A stretch of 64,000 nucleotides of DNA from Chitinophagales bacterium (GCA_038205215.1 JBBRCB010000009.1:31161-95160), one strand, 5' to 3'. Positions 21,191-30,909 are shown, counted from the first letter of the stretch. Notes: generated by a model not told the origin, from the sequence alone. Program-made: numbers and translations.

Positions 21191-22792
21191 ATGAAAAATA
21201 AATCCTTCAAATTAATGTTCATCATCCCGATACTGGCAGCGGCCGTATTGGCAGGGTGTGCAAAGAAACTGGATCTTACCCCTACCAATGACCTTACCAA
21301 TGATAAGGTATTTGCAACGCCTTTGGGATATAAGGAAGCATTGGCAAAAGTATATGGTGTTATGCTTACAACAGGTAGCCAGGGTGCAGGTAGTGGCGAT
21401 CTTCCTTCACAGATCATCAGCGATGCAGGTAACTCCGACTTTTTCCGTAACCTTTGGTATCTTGAATGCCTGAGTACAGATGAGGCCGGCTGGACCTATC
21501 ATGGCAATACCGATCCTATCGGTATCCACCAAATGAACTGGACCTCGGTAAACTTTTCAGTAAAATGCAGTTACTACAGGTCGTATTACGCGATCACACT
21601 GGCGAATAATTTTATTACAGAATCTTCTGATGCAAACCTTTCCAAACGCGGTATTTCCGGCAAAGACGCTTCCGATATTAAGATATATAAAGACGAAGCC
21701 CGTTTTATCAGGGCATACCATTACTGGGTTTTAATGGACCTTTTTGGAAATCCTCCCTTAGTTACTGATTCAGTGCCTATCGGGTCAAAATCATTTCCAA
21801 AGCAGGTAGGCCGTGCCGGTATGTTTAACTTTATAGAAAGTGAATTAAAAGACCTTGCAACAACATTGCCAGCACCAAAGGCTAATGAATATGGCAGGAT
21901 CGACCAGGCAGGTGCATGGTCATTGCTTGCACGCCTTTACCTTAATGCAGGTGTTTATACAGGAACAGCAAGGTATACTGATGCGATAACCTATTGCAAT
22001 AAAGTAACCGGTGCAGGTTACACGCTGCATCCAAAATACAAAGAACTGATGCTGGCCGACAACCACCTTAATACAGATGAATTTATCTGGACAGCACCTT
22101 ATGATGGAATTGCAACCCAAACTTATGGCGGAACTACATTTTTGGTTCATGGTCCTGCAGCCATACCAGGCGACAGTTCCGGCTGTAGCGGTACATGGGG
22201 TTGTATAAGGGTGACACAACAATTTGTAGATCTTTTTGATGCGGCCGATATCAGGGGACAATTTTATACCAGTGGCCAGAATAAGATCATGACACAATTG
22301 CTGGATGTATCAACAGATGGTTATTCTTCTACAAAGTTCAGGAATAAAACAAGAGCAGGTGTGATTGCACCCAATATTGATAATGGAAAAACATTTTCGA
22401 GCATTGATATGCCGATCTTCAGGTTGGCAGAGACTTACCTGATCTATGCAGAATCAGTAGTAAGAGGTGGTGCAGGTGGCTCCAACGCAACGGCTTTAGG
22501 TTATTTGCAGCAGCTGGCTGTGAGAGCAAGGCCCAGCGATGCAAATGCAGTGAATTACCCATCGTTAACGCTGCCTTATATCTTAACTGAAAGAGGCCGT
22601 GAATTAATGTGGGAAGGCCATCGCCGTACAGATCTGATCCGTTATGGCCAGTTCACTACTTCAGCATACTTGTGGGCATGGAAAGGGGGCGTAGCTTCGG
22701 GAACAGCAGTGGATAGTAAATACAATTTGTTTCCTATCCCTTCTGATGACATATCTGCAAATCCAGGCCTGGTACAAAACCCCGGTTATTAA
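21191..22792 (+). CDS. SusD/RagB-family glycan-binding lipoprotein
   Basis: 533 aa. Lipobox LAGC. Typical SusD C-terminus (ERGRELMWEGHRRTDLIRYG). Confidence 0.95.
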   Translation: MKNKSFKLMFIIPILAAAVLAGCAKKLDLTPTNDLTNDKVFATPLGYKEALAKVYGVMLTTGSQGAGSGDLPSQIISDAGNSDFFRNLWYLECLSTDEAGWTYHGNTDPIGIHQMNWTSVNFSVKCSYYRSYYAITLANNFITESSDANLSKRGISGKDASDIKIYKDEARFIRAYHYWVLMDLFGNPPLVTDSVPIGSKSFPKQVGRAGMFNFIESELKDLATTLPAPKANEYGRIDQAGAWSLLARLYLNAGVYTGTARYTDAITYCNKVTGAGYTLHPKYKELMLADNHLNTDEFIWTAPYDGIATQTYGGTTFLVHGPAAIPGDSSGCSGTWGCIRVTQQFVDLFDAADIRGQFYTSGQNKIMTQLLDVSTDGYSSTKFRNKTRAGVIAPNIDNGKTFSSIDMPIFRLAETYLIYAESVVRGGAGGSNATALGYLQQLAVRARPSDANAVNYPSLTLPYILTERGRELMWEGHRRTDLIRYGQFTTSAYLWAWKGGVASGTAVDSKYNLFPIPSDDISANPGLVQNPGY

Positions 22793-22816
22793 TTCAGCAA
22801 CAATAAAATACTTGAT

Positions 22817-23644
22817 ATGAAAAATATAATAAAACTTTTAGCTGGTACAATACTTACCGCAACTGTATTTATTTCGTGCAAAAAAGAGATCAACAATGTT
22901 ACTTACCTGGGTGGTACATCACCTGCATTAACTGCGGCCAGCCTTGCACCAATTGTTATGGTTAAGGCTAATCAGAATAATGTATGGAATACTTTTACCT
23001 GGACGAACCCCAATTACCAGTTTACTACCGGTATCAGTTCGCAGGATGTAACTTATACGTTGCAATTTGATACTACCGGTTCCAACTTCACTAACCCTAG
23101 TATCCAGGAAATAGCGATCTCCAAAGATCTTTCAAGAGCGGTTACCATTAAAGAGATCAATACTGCAATGGCTAAACTGAATTTAATGGAAAACTTACCG
23201 CACAATATGGAAATAAGGGTAAAGTCTACCCTTACTAATTCCAGTGTGCCTCTTTATTCTAATGTATTGAAACAGGTTATTACGAATTACCTCGACGTTG
23301 CAGTACCATTGCCTACTACAGGAGAGCTTTACCTGGTAGGGGATGCAACTGCAGGCGGATGGAATAACCCTGTGCCGGTGCCCACTCAAAAATTTACCAA
23401 AACCAATAGTACTACTTACGAAATAACGGTAGCGCTTACCGGCGGAAAAGAATATTTGCTTTTACCCTTAAATGGCGATTGGGGACATAAATATGCGGTG
23501 GCTAATAAAACTGTTTCAGGCTTAAATGCAGGGGGTGATTTTGGATTTGACCTGGGTGATAATTTCCCCGGCCCATCTGCAAGCGGCAACTATAAAATTG
23601 TGGTGGATTTTAAAATTGGCAAATTTACTGTAACCAAGATCTAA
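22817..23644 (+). CDS. SusE-like surface glycan-binding lipoprotein
   Basis: 275 aa. Lipobox FISC. SusE N-terminal pattern (FTWTNPNY...VTYTLQFD). C-terminal CBM-like domain (GDATAGGWN). Confidence 0.8.
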   Translation: MKNIIKLLAGTILTATVFISCKKEINNVTYLGGTSPALTAASLAPIVMVKANQNNVWNTFTWTNPNYQFTTGISSQDVTYTLQFDTTGSNFTNPSIQEIAISKDLSRAVTIKEINTAMAKLNLMENLPHNMEIRVKSTLTNSSVPLYSNVLKQVITNYLDVAVPLPTTGELYLVGDATAGGWNNPVPVPTQKFTKTNSTTYEITVALTGGKEYLLLPLNGDWGHKYAVANKTVSGLNAGGDFGFDLGDNFPGPSASGNYKIVVDFKIGKFTVTKI

Positions 23645-23688
23645 GTTGTTGGATACATTTTTTGATTATCAAAATAAAAAAAGTCTAT

Positions 23689-25482
23689 ATGAAATATTTT
23701 TCAAAACTTTTAATGGCAGCAATTGGAATACTCACAATCTATTCCGGCTGTAAAAAATTAGACGAGGCAGCTGCACTACCCGTGTACCAGCTCGGTAATT
23801 CGCCTGTGCTGAGCAGTTCAGTTACAACAATTGCACCGGCCCTTGCGGACACCAATAAAGCAGTACTTAATTTTTCATGGACCAATCCCATGTATTCCAA
23901 CGATTCTGCCACTACTAAATACATACTGGAGATAGATAGTACAGGAAAGAACTTCGCAAAAGAAAATACTAAAATTGTTATAGGGGCATTGGCCACTTCT
24001 CTAACAGGGAGAGACCTGAATACCATTTTACTGAACCTTGGTTTTAAATTGAATGTTGCGCAAACTATTGATGTAAGGCTGATCTCTTCTTACAACAATA
24101 ATAATGAAAGGTATATGTCTAACGTGTTGAAAGTTGGGGTAATGCCTTTTGCAGATCCTTCTGTACTCACCAGTGCAAATTCAACTGTTACTGTTACGCT
24201 GGCAAATGCTGCACAACCCTCCAATAGTTTTAGCTGGACGGCGTCTTTCATTGGCTACAGTGATGTGGTAACCTATACTTTGCAGTATGATTCTGCAACT
24301 AAAAATTTTGTAGCACCAATTGAGATCGCTGTTGGGCCTTCTATTTTTACTAAAGGCTTAACCCAGGGCGAAATGAATGCTACTGCATTAAATTCGGGTA
24401 TCCCGGGGGGTAATACAGGAACGGTAGAATACCGTATCAAAGCGGTGACTGCTAAAGGCGCAATAGTTTACTCCAACCTGGTAAATGTATCCATAAAAAG
24501 CTATGTACCCATTGTAAGAATGTATTTGCCCGGAAGTTACCAGGGAGCTACAGGTAATGGTAATGACTGGGATCCGCCCACTGCACCTGAATTGATCAGG
24601 GACCTGCGTTCGGGTGTTTTCAATGATATGTATTACATCTATATCTTCCTGCCTGCAGGCGCGCAGTTTAAAGTGAGCGAAGGCCGTTCATGGAATATAG
24701 CTTACGGCACTGCTGCTGCGCCGGGTACAATCACCAGTAACAATGGCGGCAATTTTACGGTAGGTGCCGCAGGATTTTACCGGATCACCGTTAACAGAAC
24801 GACCTTAAAATATGACATCAGGGAAGGAAGAATGGGCTTTGTAGGCGGATCAACAGGAGCCGGATGGAATCCTCCCGGCGTATTCCCTACCTATGCAATG
24901 GGAACTGCAGCAACCAATTTATTTGTGGGTATAAATACTTTCCCTGGTAATGGCGGCTGGAAACTCATCGATAACAATGCATGGGATAATGGCAGCAAAG
25001 CAGTGGATGAAACAAGAAGTTATGGCACACCTAACGGAGATGGAAGCACGCTGGAAGTGAATGGTTCAAACTTTACGGATATTAGCAATGCACCGGTTAG
25101 GAACAGGGTGATCTGGGATGGCCGTGATGTGAATAATATTAAATACTTCATGAGCCCAGCCGCTGAAATGCGGGTAGTGGGTGATGGTATCAACCAGGCT
25201 GGTGTAAATGACTGGGATCCGCCTACCTCTCCTCAAATGACCTATTCCGGTAATGGCGTATGGACAATAACCATTACACTAAAAGCAAATAAGGATATTA
25301 AATTTTTAGCGGGCAATGCCTGGGGTGCTTTTGATTATGAAGATAACAGTGGACAAAGCCAGGCTCTTGGTGTAAATAAAGGTATCAGGTGGGAAGGCGG
25401 TAACAATTTTAAAACGCCGGTTGTTGCGGGAACTTATACCATCACGCTCAATGAAAACAACCAGACAATGAAAATAAATTAA
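23689..25482 (+). CDS. SusF/SusE-like multi-domain surface glycan-binding lipoprotein
   Basis: Lipobox YSGC. Two SusE-N-like modules, then repeated CBM-like modules (DWDPPTAPEL, DWDPPTSPQM). ATG at 23689 (track start is TTG). Confidence 0.8.
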   Translation: MKYFSKLLMAAIGILTIYSGCKKLDEAAALPVYQLGNSPVLSSSVTTIAPALADTNKAVLNFSWTNPMYSNDSATTKYILEIDSTGKNFAKENTKIVIGALATSLTGRDLNTILLNLGFKLNVAQTIDVRLISSYNNNNERYMSNVLKVGVMPFADPSVLTSANSTVTVTLANAAQPSNSFSWTASFIGYSDVVTYTLQYDSATKNFVAPIEIAVGPSIFTKGLTQGEMNATALNSGIPGGNTGTVEYRIKAVTAKGAIVYSNLVNVSIKSYVPIVRMYLPGSYQGATGNGNDWDPPTAPELIRDLRSGVFNDMYYIYIFLPAGAQFKVSEGRSWNIAYGTAAAPGTITSNNGGNFTVGAAGFYRITVNRTTLKYDIREGRMGFVGGSTGAGWNPPGVFPTYAMGTAATNLFVGINTFPGNGGWKLIDNNAWDNGSKAVDETRSYGTPNGDGSTLEVNGSNFTDISNAPVRNRVIWDGRDVNNIKYFMSPAAEMRVVGDGINQAGVNDWDPPTSPQMTYSGNGVWTITITLKANKDIKFLAGNAWGAFDYEDNSGQSQALGVNKGIRWEGGNNFKTPVVAGTYTITLNENNQTMKIN

Positions 25483-25502
25483 TTGATCTTATAATATTTT
25501 AT

Positions 25503-25535
25503 AAAGGGCTGACATCAATGTCAGCCCTTTTATAT
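25503..25535 (+). terminator. Intrinsic terminator AAAGGGCTGACA-TCAA-TGTCAGCCCTTT + T-rich tail
   Basis: Perfect 12-bp stem read directly after the SusF-like stop. Confidence 0.7.
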
Positions 25536-25582
25536 TGTGCTGATCATAAAGAATCGTATTTTTAAAAAAATAAATCACTACG

Positions 25583-26758
25583 ATGTTAAAAGTGTTGATT
25601 GTTGGGGGATGCCTTGCCGGAGGTCTTTTTTTTTCCTGCAGTAAAAATGTTGCCTCAAATACCGTTTCTCCGGGAATTCCGGCGAAAACTTTTTATGAGC
25701 GCAGCAAGTTGGTAATGGGCGTTGATCTTTCTTATGTGAACCAGGTGCAGGATTATGGTGGATTGTATAAAGATTCAGGCGCAGTAAAAGATCCTTTTAC
25801 CATTTTCAAAAACCATGGAGCTAATACTGTAAGGGTACGTTTATGGCATAACCCTCAATGGTTAAAAGCCCTGAACGGGGGTAAAATGTATAGCGACCTG
25901 TATGATGCAGAGAAAACAATACAGCGTGCTAAAGCAAATGGAATGGCCGTTAATTTAGACATTCATTATTCAGATACCTGGGCCGACCCGGGCAATCAAA
26001 CAATACCTGCAGCATGGACGGGTTTAAGTTTAGCCCTATTAAAAGATTCCGTATATAATTACACCCTCGCAGTTTTAAATTATTTAAAAACAAAAAACCT
26101 GGTACCGGAAATGATACAGGTGGGTAACGAAACCAACCAGGGAATGCTTTGGCCTGCGGGTAAAACATCCGGTGGTAACTTTACAGCGTTTTGTGACCTG
26201 TTAAAAAGCGGGATCAAAGCAGTAAGGGATTTTTCTGCTACATCAACGATCAAACCGGAAATTATTTTACATGTGGCGCAATTGAACAATGCCGGATTTT
26301 GGTGTACTAATATTATTACTAACGGCGGTGTAAACGATTTTGATATTATTGGGTTATCGCATTACAGCAAATGGGCAACGATAAATGATATGACGGCGAT
26401 TACGGCAACGATCAGCAGCCTGAAAACTACTTATGGAAAAAAAGTTATGATCGTGGAAACAGCCTATCCATTTACAACAGCAAATGCCGACAGCTATAAT
26501 AATAGCATTGATGGAGCTGCAGCAGTTGCAGGTTATACGATCAGTAACGAGGGGCAATACAATTATATGAAAGACCTCACACAGGCGGTAATATCCGGTG
26601 GAGGCACCGGCATCATGTACTGGGAACCTGCATGGATAACCTCATCGTTAAAAGATCCGTGGGGTACAGGGAGTAGCTGGGATAATATGACCTTATTTGA
26701 CCAAAACAGCAATGCTTTGCCGGCAATAGAATACATGACCTGGTCTTACAGATTTTAA
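25583..26758 (+). CDS. GH53 arabinogalactan endo-beta-1,4-galactanase (lipoprotein)
   Basis: 391 aa. GVDLSYV...GANTVRVRLW...HYSDTWADPGNQ..P.AW, IQVGNE (acid/base), MIVETAYPF (nucleophile). Confidence 0.9.
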   Translation: MLKVLIVGGCLAGGLFFSCSKNVASNTVSPGIPAKTFYERSKLVMGVDLSYVNQVQDYGGLYKDSGAVKDPFTIFKNHGANTVRVRLWHNPQWLKALNGGKMYSDLYDAEKTIQRAKANGMAVNLDIHYSDTWADPGNQTIPAAWTGLSLALLKDSVYNYTLAVLNYLKTKNLVPEMIQVGNETNQGMLWPAGKTSGGNFTAFCDLLKSGIKAVRDFSATSTIKPEIILHVAQLNNAGFWCTNIITNGGVNDFDIIGLSHYSKWATINDMTAITATISSLKTTYGKKVMIVETAYPFTTANADSYNNSIDGAAAVAGYTISNEGQYNYMKDLTQAVISGGGTGIMYWEPAWITSSLKDPWGTGSSWDNMTLFDQNSNALPAIEYMTWSYRF

Positions 26759-26796
26759 TTTTTAAAAATACGGGAAACTAAAATGGCTATCATTAC

Positions 26797-27054
26797 TTAA
26801 ACTGTTACCAGCCCATTTTTAATAGCATACATTACCAGCCCTACCCTTGTTTTTAAATGCAGCTTTTCAAACAGTGCATCGCGGTAGCCATCAATAGTGC
26901 GTGGGCTTACAAACATTTTATCGGCGATCTCTTTATAGGTGAGTTCGGAACAGGCGCATTTTAAAAAATCTGTTTCCCTGTCATTAAGATTTATGAGGGT
27001 ATTCACTGCACCCACTTCCCTTTTCTTATCATACAGCTCACGCAAAAACGCCAT
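26797..27054 (-). CDS. Stand-alone LuxR-type HTH protein (no receiver domain)
   Basis: 85 aa. LNDRETDFLKCACSELTYKEIADKMFVSPRTIDGYR matches the LuxR/GerE HTH. The few upstream frames read show no receiver domain. Confidence 0.6.
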   Translation of the reverse strand: MAFLRELYDKKREVGAVNTLINLNDRETDFLKCACSELTYKEIADKMFVSPRTIDGYRDALFEKLHLKTRVGLVMYAIKNGLVTV

Positions 27055-27624
27055 CCGGTTGGTTTTATTAATACAGGGTTAGAAACTTTTGGGAGGATCA
27101 TCCAGATTATAATTAGTTGTATTGAAATAAAAAAACTCAAATAACGGAATATAGAAAGTAGTGTACCCGTGGCAGTAGATTTCAATGATGAACAATCAGC
27201 CCGCTTATCAAAAAACTCAGCGGAAAAAAAATTGCATTAATCCACATATTTTTATCCATATTTAATTTTAATGTTTGAATATTGAAATAACCGTTTTTGC
27301 CCGAAACTAATTCGCCCTGAGCGCAGTTGTTGCCGAAGGTTCGAAATTTGGAATTCGTCCGTTTGAAGCGCTGCTTGGCTTTATTCGTCAAGTTAAAAAC
27401 TGAAGTACAAAAAATTACCCTTGCCGATTGTTCCAAAGTCGAGCCTAACTATTGGCAATACCAATGTTGTGCAACCCCCTGCTTTTGATCAGGAGCGCTG
27501 CACTGTAATGTTAAGCCTTAAAATTTGTTCAAATTGAAGTCGTATCAAGATTGTTTTTTTTGAGTAAATGCAAAAAAGAGTCTCCGATTTTATCAGAAGC
27601 TCTTTTTAAACTTAAATAGTTTTT

Positions 27625-28035
27625 TTATAGGTTATCTCTTTTTGCTACAATTCCAAACATTGTTTTAATTACAAAAATTTCTACACCAAGCATCACCATG
27701 GCTACAATGGTTCCGGTACCAAAATTTCCCGCTATTAAAGCAATAATGATACTTTGTAATTCTATCAAAGCTCTTACAATGGTCATAATTGCAATGGTTT
27801 CTGGTATACCTACAGTTGCAACAATCAATAGGGCTAGTCCGATTGCAAGATTTCTTGCACCAAATTCATAAGAAGCATATTTTGTTGCTACGCTTTTTAA
27901 GTCAATACCTGCAATGCTGTTTTGAAATAGTGAATCAAACTTGAAATAATTTGAAACACCAAAGGCAATGTTAGCCAAGGCTAATAATCCAACTATTATT
28001 CTTGTCCATTTAGGAACCAAATTTTTTGAGTTCAT
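27625..28035 (-). CDS. Small 4-TM membrane protein (DUF4345-like)
   Basis: 136 aa with four hydrophobic helices. 3-nt gap to the upstream SnoaL-like gene. Confidence 0.6.
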   Translation of the reverse strand: MNSKNLVPKWTRIIVGLLALANIAFGVSNYFKFDSLFQNSIAGIDLKSVATKYASYEFGARNLAIGLALLIVATVGIPETIAIMTIVRALIELQSIIIALIAGNFGTGTIVAMVMLGVEIFVIKTMFGIVAKRDNL

Positions 28036-28038
28036 AGT

Positions 28039-28449
28039 TTAAGATTTTAATTGTTTCATTGCTGTTCCCCAATCTTCCAGGTGGTGAACGGTTTGCAGTT
28101 GCCCGTTTTCAATCGTGTGAACATCAATAGTCATAATTTTAAATATTTTTGTTCCGTCTGTTGGCATTCCCATAAAATCTCCGTTGGGGGTACCTGTTAC
28201 TAAACTTCGAACAACATATTTGTTGTGTTCGTTTATCATTTCTTGTGGCTCCCATTTCAAGTCAGGGATAAGTTTCCAAAAGAATTCTACTTGTTCAATT
28301 AATGCAGGTTTTCCTTTGCTTTCTACAGAACCACTTGATAGAAAGTTGTCGGCTAATACTTTGGTCAAAACTTCCGTGGGGGTAGTTTCGATGTTTACAG
28401 TCAGTGCCTTTCTGTAAAATGCGGTTAATGCTTCCCTTGAATTATCCAT
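28039..28449 (-). CDS. SnoaL-like ester cyclase family protein
   Basis: 136 aa. Pattern typical of predicted ester cyclases (FMGMPTDGTKIFKIMTIDVHTIENGQ...H.EDW). Confidence 0.7.
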   Translation of the reverse strand: MDNSREALTAFYRKALTVNIETTPTEVLTKVLADNFLSSGSVESKGKPALIEQVEFFWKLIPDLKWEPQEMINEHNKYVVRSLVTGTPNGDFMGMPTDGTKIFKIMTIDVHTIENGQLQTVHHLEDWGTAMKQLKS

Positions 28450-28556
28450 TTTTTAATTTTTGTGTTATGATTAAATGATAGCACAAAGATGAATACTGTC
28501 AATTTTATGTGAAAGGTAGATTTGCTCCTTTGTATGATACTTTTAGGAAGTGCTGC

Positions 28557-29426
28557 TTAAGGTAGATACTTTCCCCTGAACTCCATTGGAGTTTTGTCAA
28601 TGTGTCTGCGAAAATATTTTATAAAGTTTGTCGGTTCGTCAAAGCCCAATTCAAAGCCAATTTCTTTGATTGATTTGTTGCCGTGAACAAGTAACCGTTT
28701 TGCTTCTAATAAAATTCTTTCGTCAATTAATTCTTTTGGTGATTTATCCAAAACTTTTGATGTTGCTTTGTTCAGTCTTTTCTCAGAAACATTTAATTTC
28801 TCTGCATAACTACTCACTGATTTTATTTTCGTAAAATTATTTTCTAAAAGGTCTTTGAACAAAAGAGTGTAATCAAGGTCAATACTTTTTTTTATTTCAG
28901 AAAAACCTTGTTGTCGTTTTTCTCTGTCGGCAAGCAAAAGAAAATTATGTAAATGATTTTTTAGTATGTTATGCTTAGCAGAATCGGTTGGAGATTTTAA
29001 TTCTTCATCGATCAGATTGCAAATGTTGATGAATGTTTTGATTTGCTCTTTGACCTGAATGTTTGGTTTGTCAACTAGGTCGTTGAATAAAATTGTGCTT
29101 TGCAAAAACTGTGTGTCGCTGCTGGCAGTGCAAAAAAAGTTGTCAGTAAAAATTAAAACTTTTCCCTCATATTTTGTCAGTTGGTCAAACTGGTGCACAC
29201 GGTCTTTGTCAATAAACAACAAACTGTTTGGATTAATTTTTATTGGATTGAAGTCGACGAAATGTGTGGGTTTACAATTCTCAAATAAAAAAATGTGGTA
29301 AAAGTCAGTCCTGTGTGGCGTTACTAAATGCTGTTTATTTGAAGTTAATAAAGTAGTCAATGGCACTACTTCAATTTGCAGGTCAATGCCCGATTTGAAT
29401 TTATATTTTTTTACGTCGTTAGGCAT
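28557..29426 (-). CDS. AraC-family transcriptional regulator
   Basis: 289 aa. C-terminal double HTH (SVSSYAEKLNVSEKRLNKA...IKEIGFELGFDEPTNFIKYFRRH). Confidence 0.88.
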   Translation of the reverse strand: MPNDVKKYKFKSGIDLQIEVVPLTTLLTSNKQHLVTPHRTDFYHIFLFENCKPTHFVDFNPIKINPNSLLFIDKDRVHQFDQLTKYEGKVLIFTDNFFCTASSDTQFLQSTILFNDLVDKPNIQVKEQIKTFINICNLIDEELKSPTDSAKHNILKNHLHNFLLLADREKRQQGFSEIKKSIDLDYTLLFKDLLENNFTKIKSVSSYAEKLNVSEKRLNKATSKVLDKSPKELIDERILLEAKRLLVHGNKSIKEIGFELGFDEPTNFIKYFRRHIDKTPMEFRGKYLP

Positions 29427-29903
29427 GCTGTTGGTTCTTGTAGCTTGTCAGTTCAAAGTTAGCACTGTTGCAATTAGGGTGTTCCCCAACAATGAGTATG
29501 TTCCGAATTTTCTACGGGATTATTATTGCGCTATTCGTTATTTTCATACAGGGCATCAGGTCCTTTCTTAAATTAAAAAAATATGCACAACTTTAAGATA
29601 GACTCTTTCCAACTTTGCTCTTAATCATACTATGCTTCAAACAATCTCTGGCTATTGAAGCACATCAATAATTTTTTTGAACAAAAATATTACTGAAAAC
29701 CAGTCTATTACAAGGGTGCTCTAAAAAATACTGCTCCTTTTTGTTGGAAATCCACCCTAAACCACCTTACCTTCGCCGTCCCAAAAAAGCAGCAGCAATA
29801 TTGCCACGTTTTAAGGGCGGAAGTAACGGGATGGCGATACTCCGATCGTTTATAAACCGCTTCAACTGTACTAAAATAATTGCAGGAAGCTAAAAAAAAA
29901 AAG

Positions 29904-30347
29904 ATGAGCAAATTACATTTCACCACCAAGCATGCTAACGAGGCTACCGTTACACACAACTGGTACGTTGTGGACGGTACTAATCAAACCGTAGGGCGCA
30001 TGTGTGCAAAGATTGCGGCTGTTCTTCGTGGAAAGAACAAAGTCTATTACACCCCACACGTTGACTGTGGCGATTTTATTATTGTTACCAACTGCGAAAA
30101 AGTAAAGCTGACCGGTAATAAAATGGATGAAAAAGTGTATGATAACTACACCGGGTATCCGGGCGGACGTAAAGAGGAAATCGCAAAAGACCTTTTAAAA
30201 CGCAGGCCGGAAGTTATTATTGAAAGGGCTGTAAAAGGCATGTTGCCTAAAAACCGTTTGGGCCGCCAGTTGTACAAAAAATTATTTGTATACCAGGGCG
30301 CAGCACATCCTCACGGTGCTCAACAACCAAAAGAATTAAAATTTTAA
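29904..30347 (+). CDS. rplM: 50S ribosomal protein L13
   Basis: MSKLHFTTKHANEATVTHNWYVVDG... ATG at 29904 (track start at 29880 is TTG). Confidence 0.97.
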   Translation: MSKLHFTTKHANEATVTHNWYVVDGTNQTVGRMCAKIAAVLRGKNKVYYTPHVDCGDFIIVTNCEKVKLTGNKMDEKVYDNYTGYPGGRKEEIAKDLLKRRPEVIIERAVKGMLPKNRLGRQLYKKLFVYQGAAHPHGAQQPKELKF

Positions 30348-30415
30348 AAAAGCTAAAAGCTAAAAGCGAAAAGCACATAGCTTTCGGCTTTCGGCTCTAA
30401 GCATTAAGCTAAATA
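30347..30415. repeat. Heptamer-periodic imperfect hairpin (AAAAGCT AAAAGCT AAAAGCG AAAAGC / AGCTTTC GGCTTTC GGCT) in the rplM-rpsI spacer
   Basis: Read directly. Arms are tandem 7-mers pairing as 5-bp blocks with bulges. Confidence 0.6.
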
Positions 30416-30420
30416 AAAAA

Positions 30421-30810
30421 ATGGAAAAGCAAAAAAACGCAGTCGGCCGCAGAAAAGAAGCTGTAACACGTGTTTTCCTTAGTAAAGGAGAAGGCAAGAT
30501 TACCATCAACGGCAAAGACTATAAAGCCTACTTCCCGCTGGTATATTTACAAAACCAGGTAGAAGCGCCTTTTAAAACTGTTGAAGCTACTGACAAATTT
30601 GACGTGGTGATTAATGCTACCGGTGGTGGTGTTAAAGGCCAGGCAGAAGCTGCAAAACTCGGTATTTCCCGTGCATTGCTTGAAGTAAGCTTAGATTACC
30701 GCCCTGCTTTAAAAGCTGCGGGTTTGCTTAAGCGTGACCCACGTTCTGTGGAGCGTAAAAAACCAGGCCGCAAAAAAGCAAGAAGAAGTTTCCAGTTCAG
30801 CAAACGTTAA
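30421..30810 (+). CDS. rpsI: 30S ribosomal protein S9
   Basis: 129 aa ending ...RRSFQFSKR. Confidence 0.97.
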   Translation: MEKQKNAVGRRKEAVTRVFLSKGEGKITINGKDYKAYFPLVYLQNQVEAPFKTVEATDKFDVVINATGGGVKGQAEAAKLGISRALLEVSLDYRPALKAAGLLKRDPRSVERKKPGRKKARRSFQFSKR

Positions 30811-30824
30811 TGCTGGTCAATGGC

Positions 30825-30876
30825 TCATGGTTCATGGCAAGCTGCCTTACTATTAACCATTAACTATGAACCATGA
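30825..30876. repeat. Heptamer-periodic hairpin in the rpsI-rpsB spacer (TCATGGTTCAT ... ATGAACCATGA)
   Basis: 11-bp perfect stem, extendable to 13 bp. Both arms lie in tandem 7-mers (GGTCAAT GGCTCAT GGTTCAT; TTAACCA TTAACTA TGAACCA TGAACAA). Confidence 0.6.
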
Positions 30877-30909
30877 ACAATATTTAAATAACTATTTTAA
30901 TAATACACG

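Noticed and set aside
27338-27346. GGTTCGAAA, a T-loop-like string hinting at a tRNA or tmRNA
   Set aside because: The flanks cannot form a T-stem (GAAGG versus TTTGG), and no acceptor or anticodon arms are apparent.
30347-30880. Possible CRISPR-like or minisatellite array in the ribosomal-protein spacers
   Set aside because: The units are only 7 nt with no spacers, and the arrays are under 70 nt. They are hairpin arms, not repeat-spacer arrays. No cas genes are in the window.
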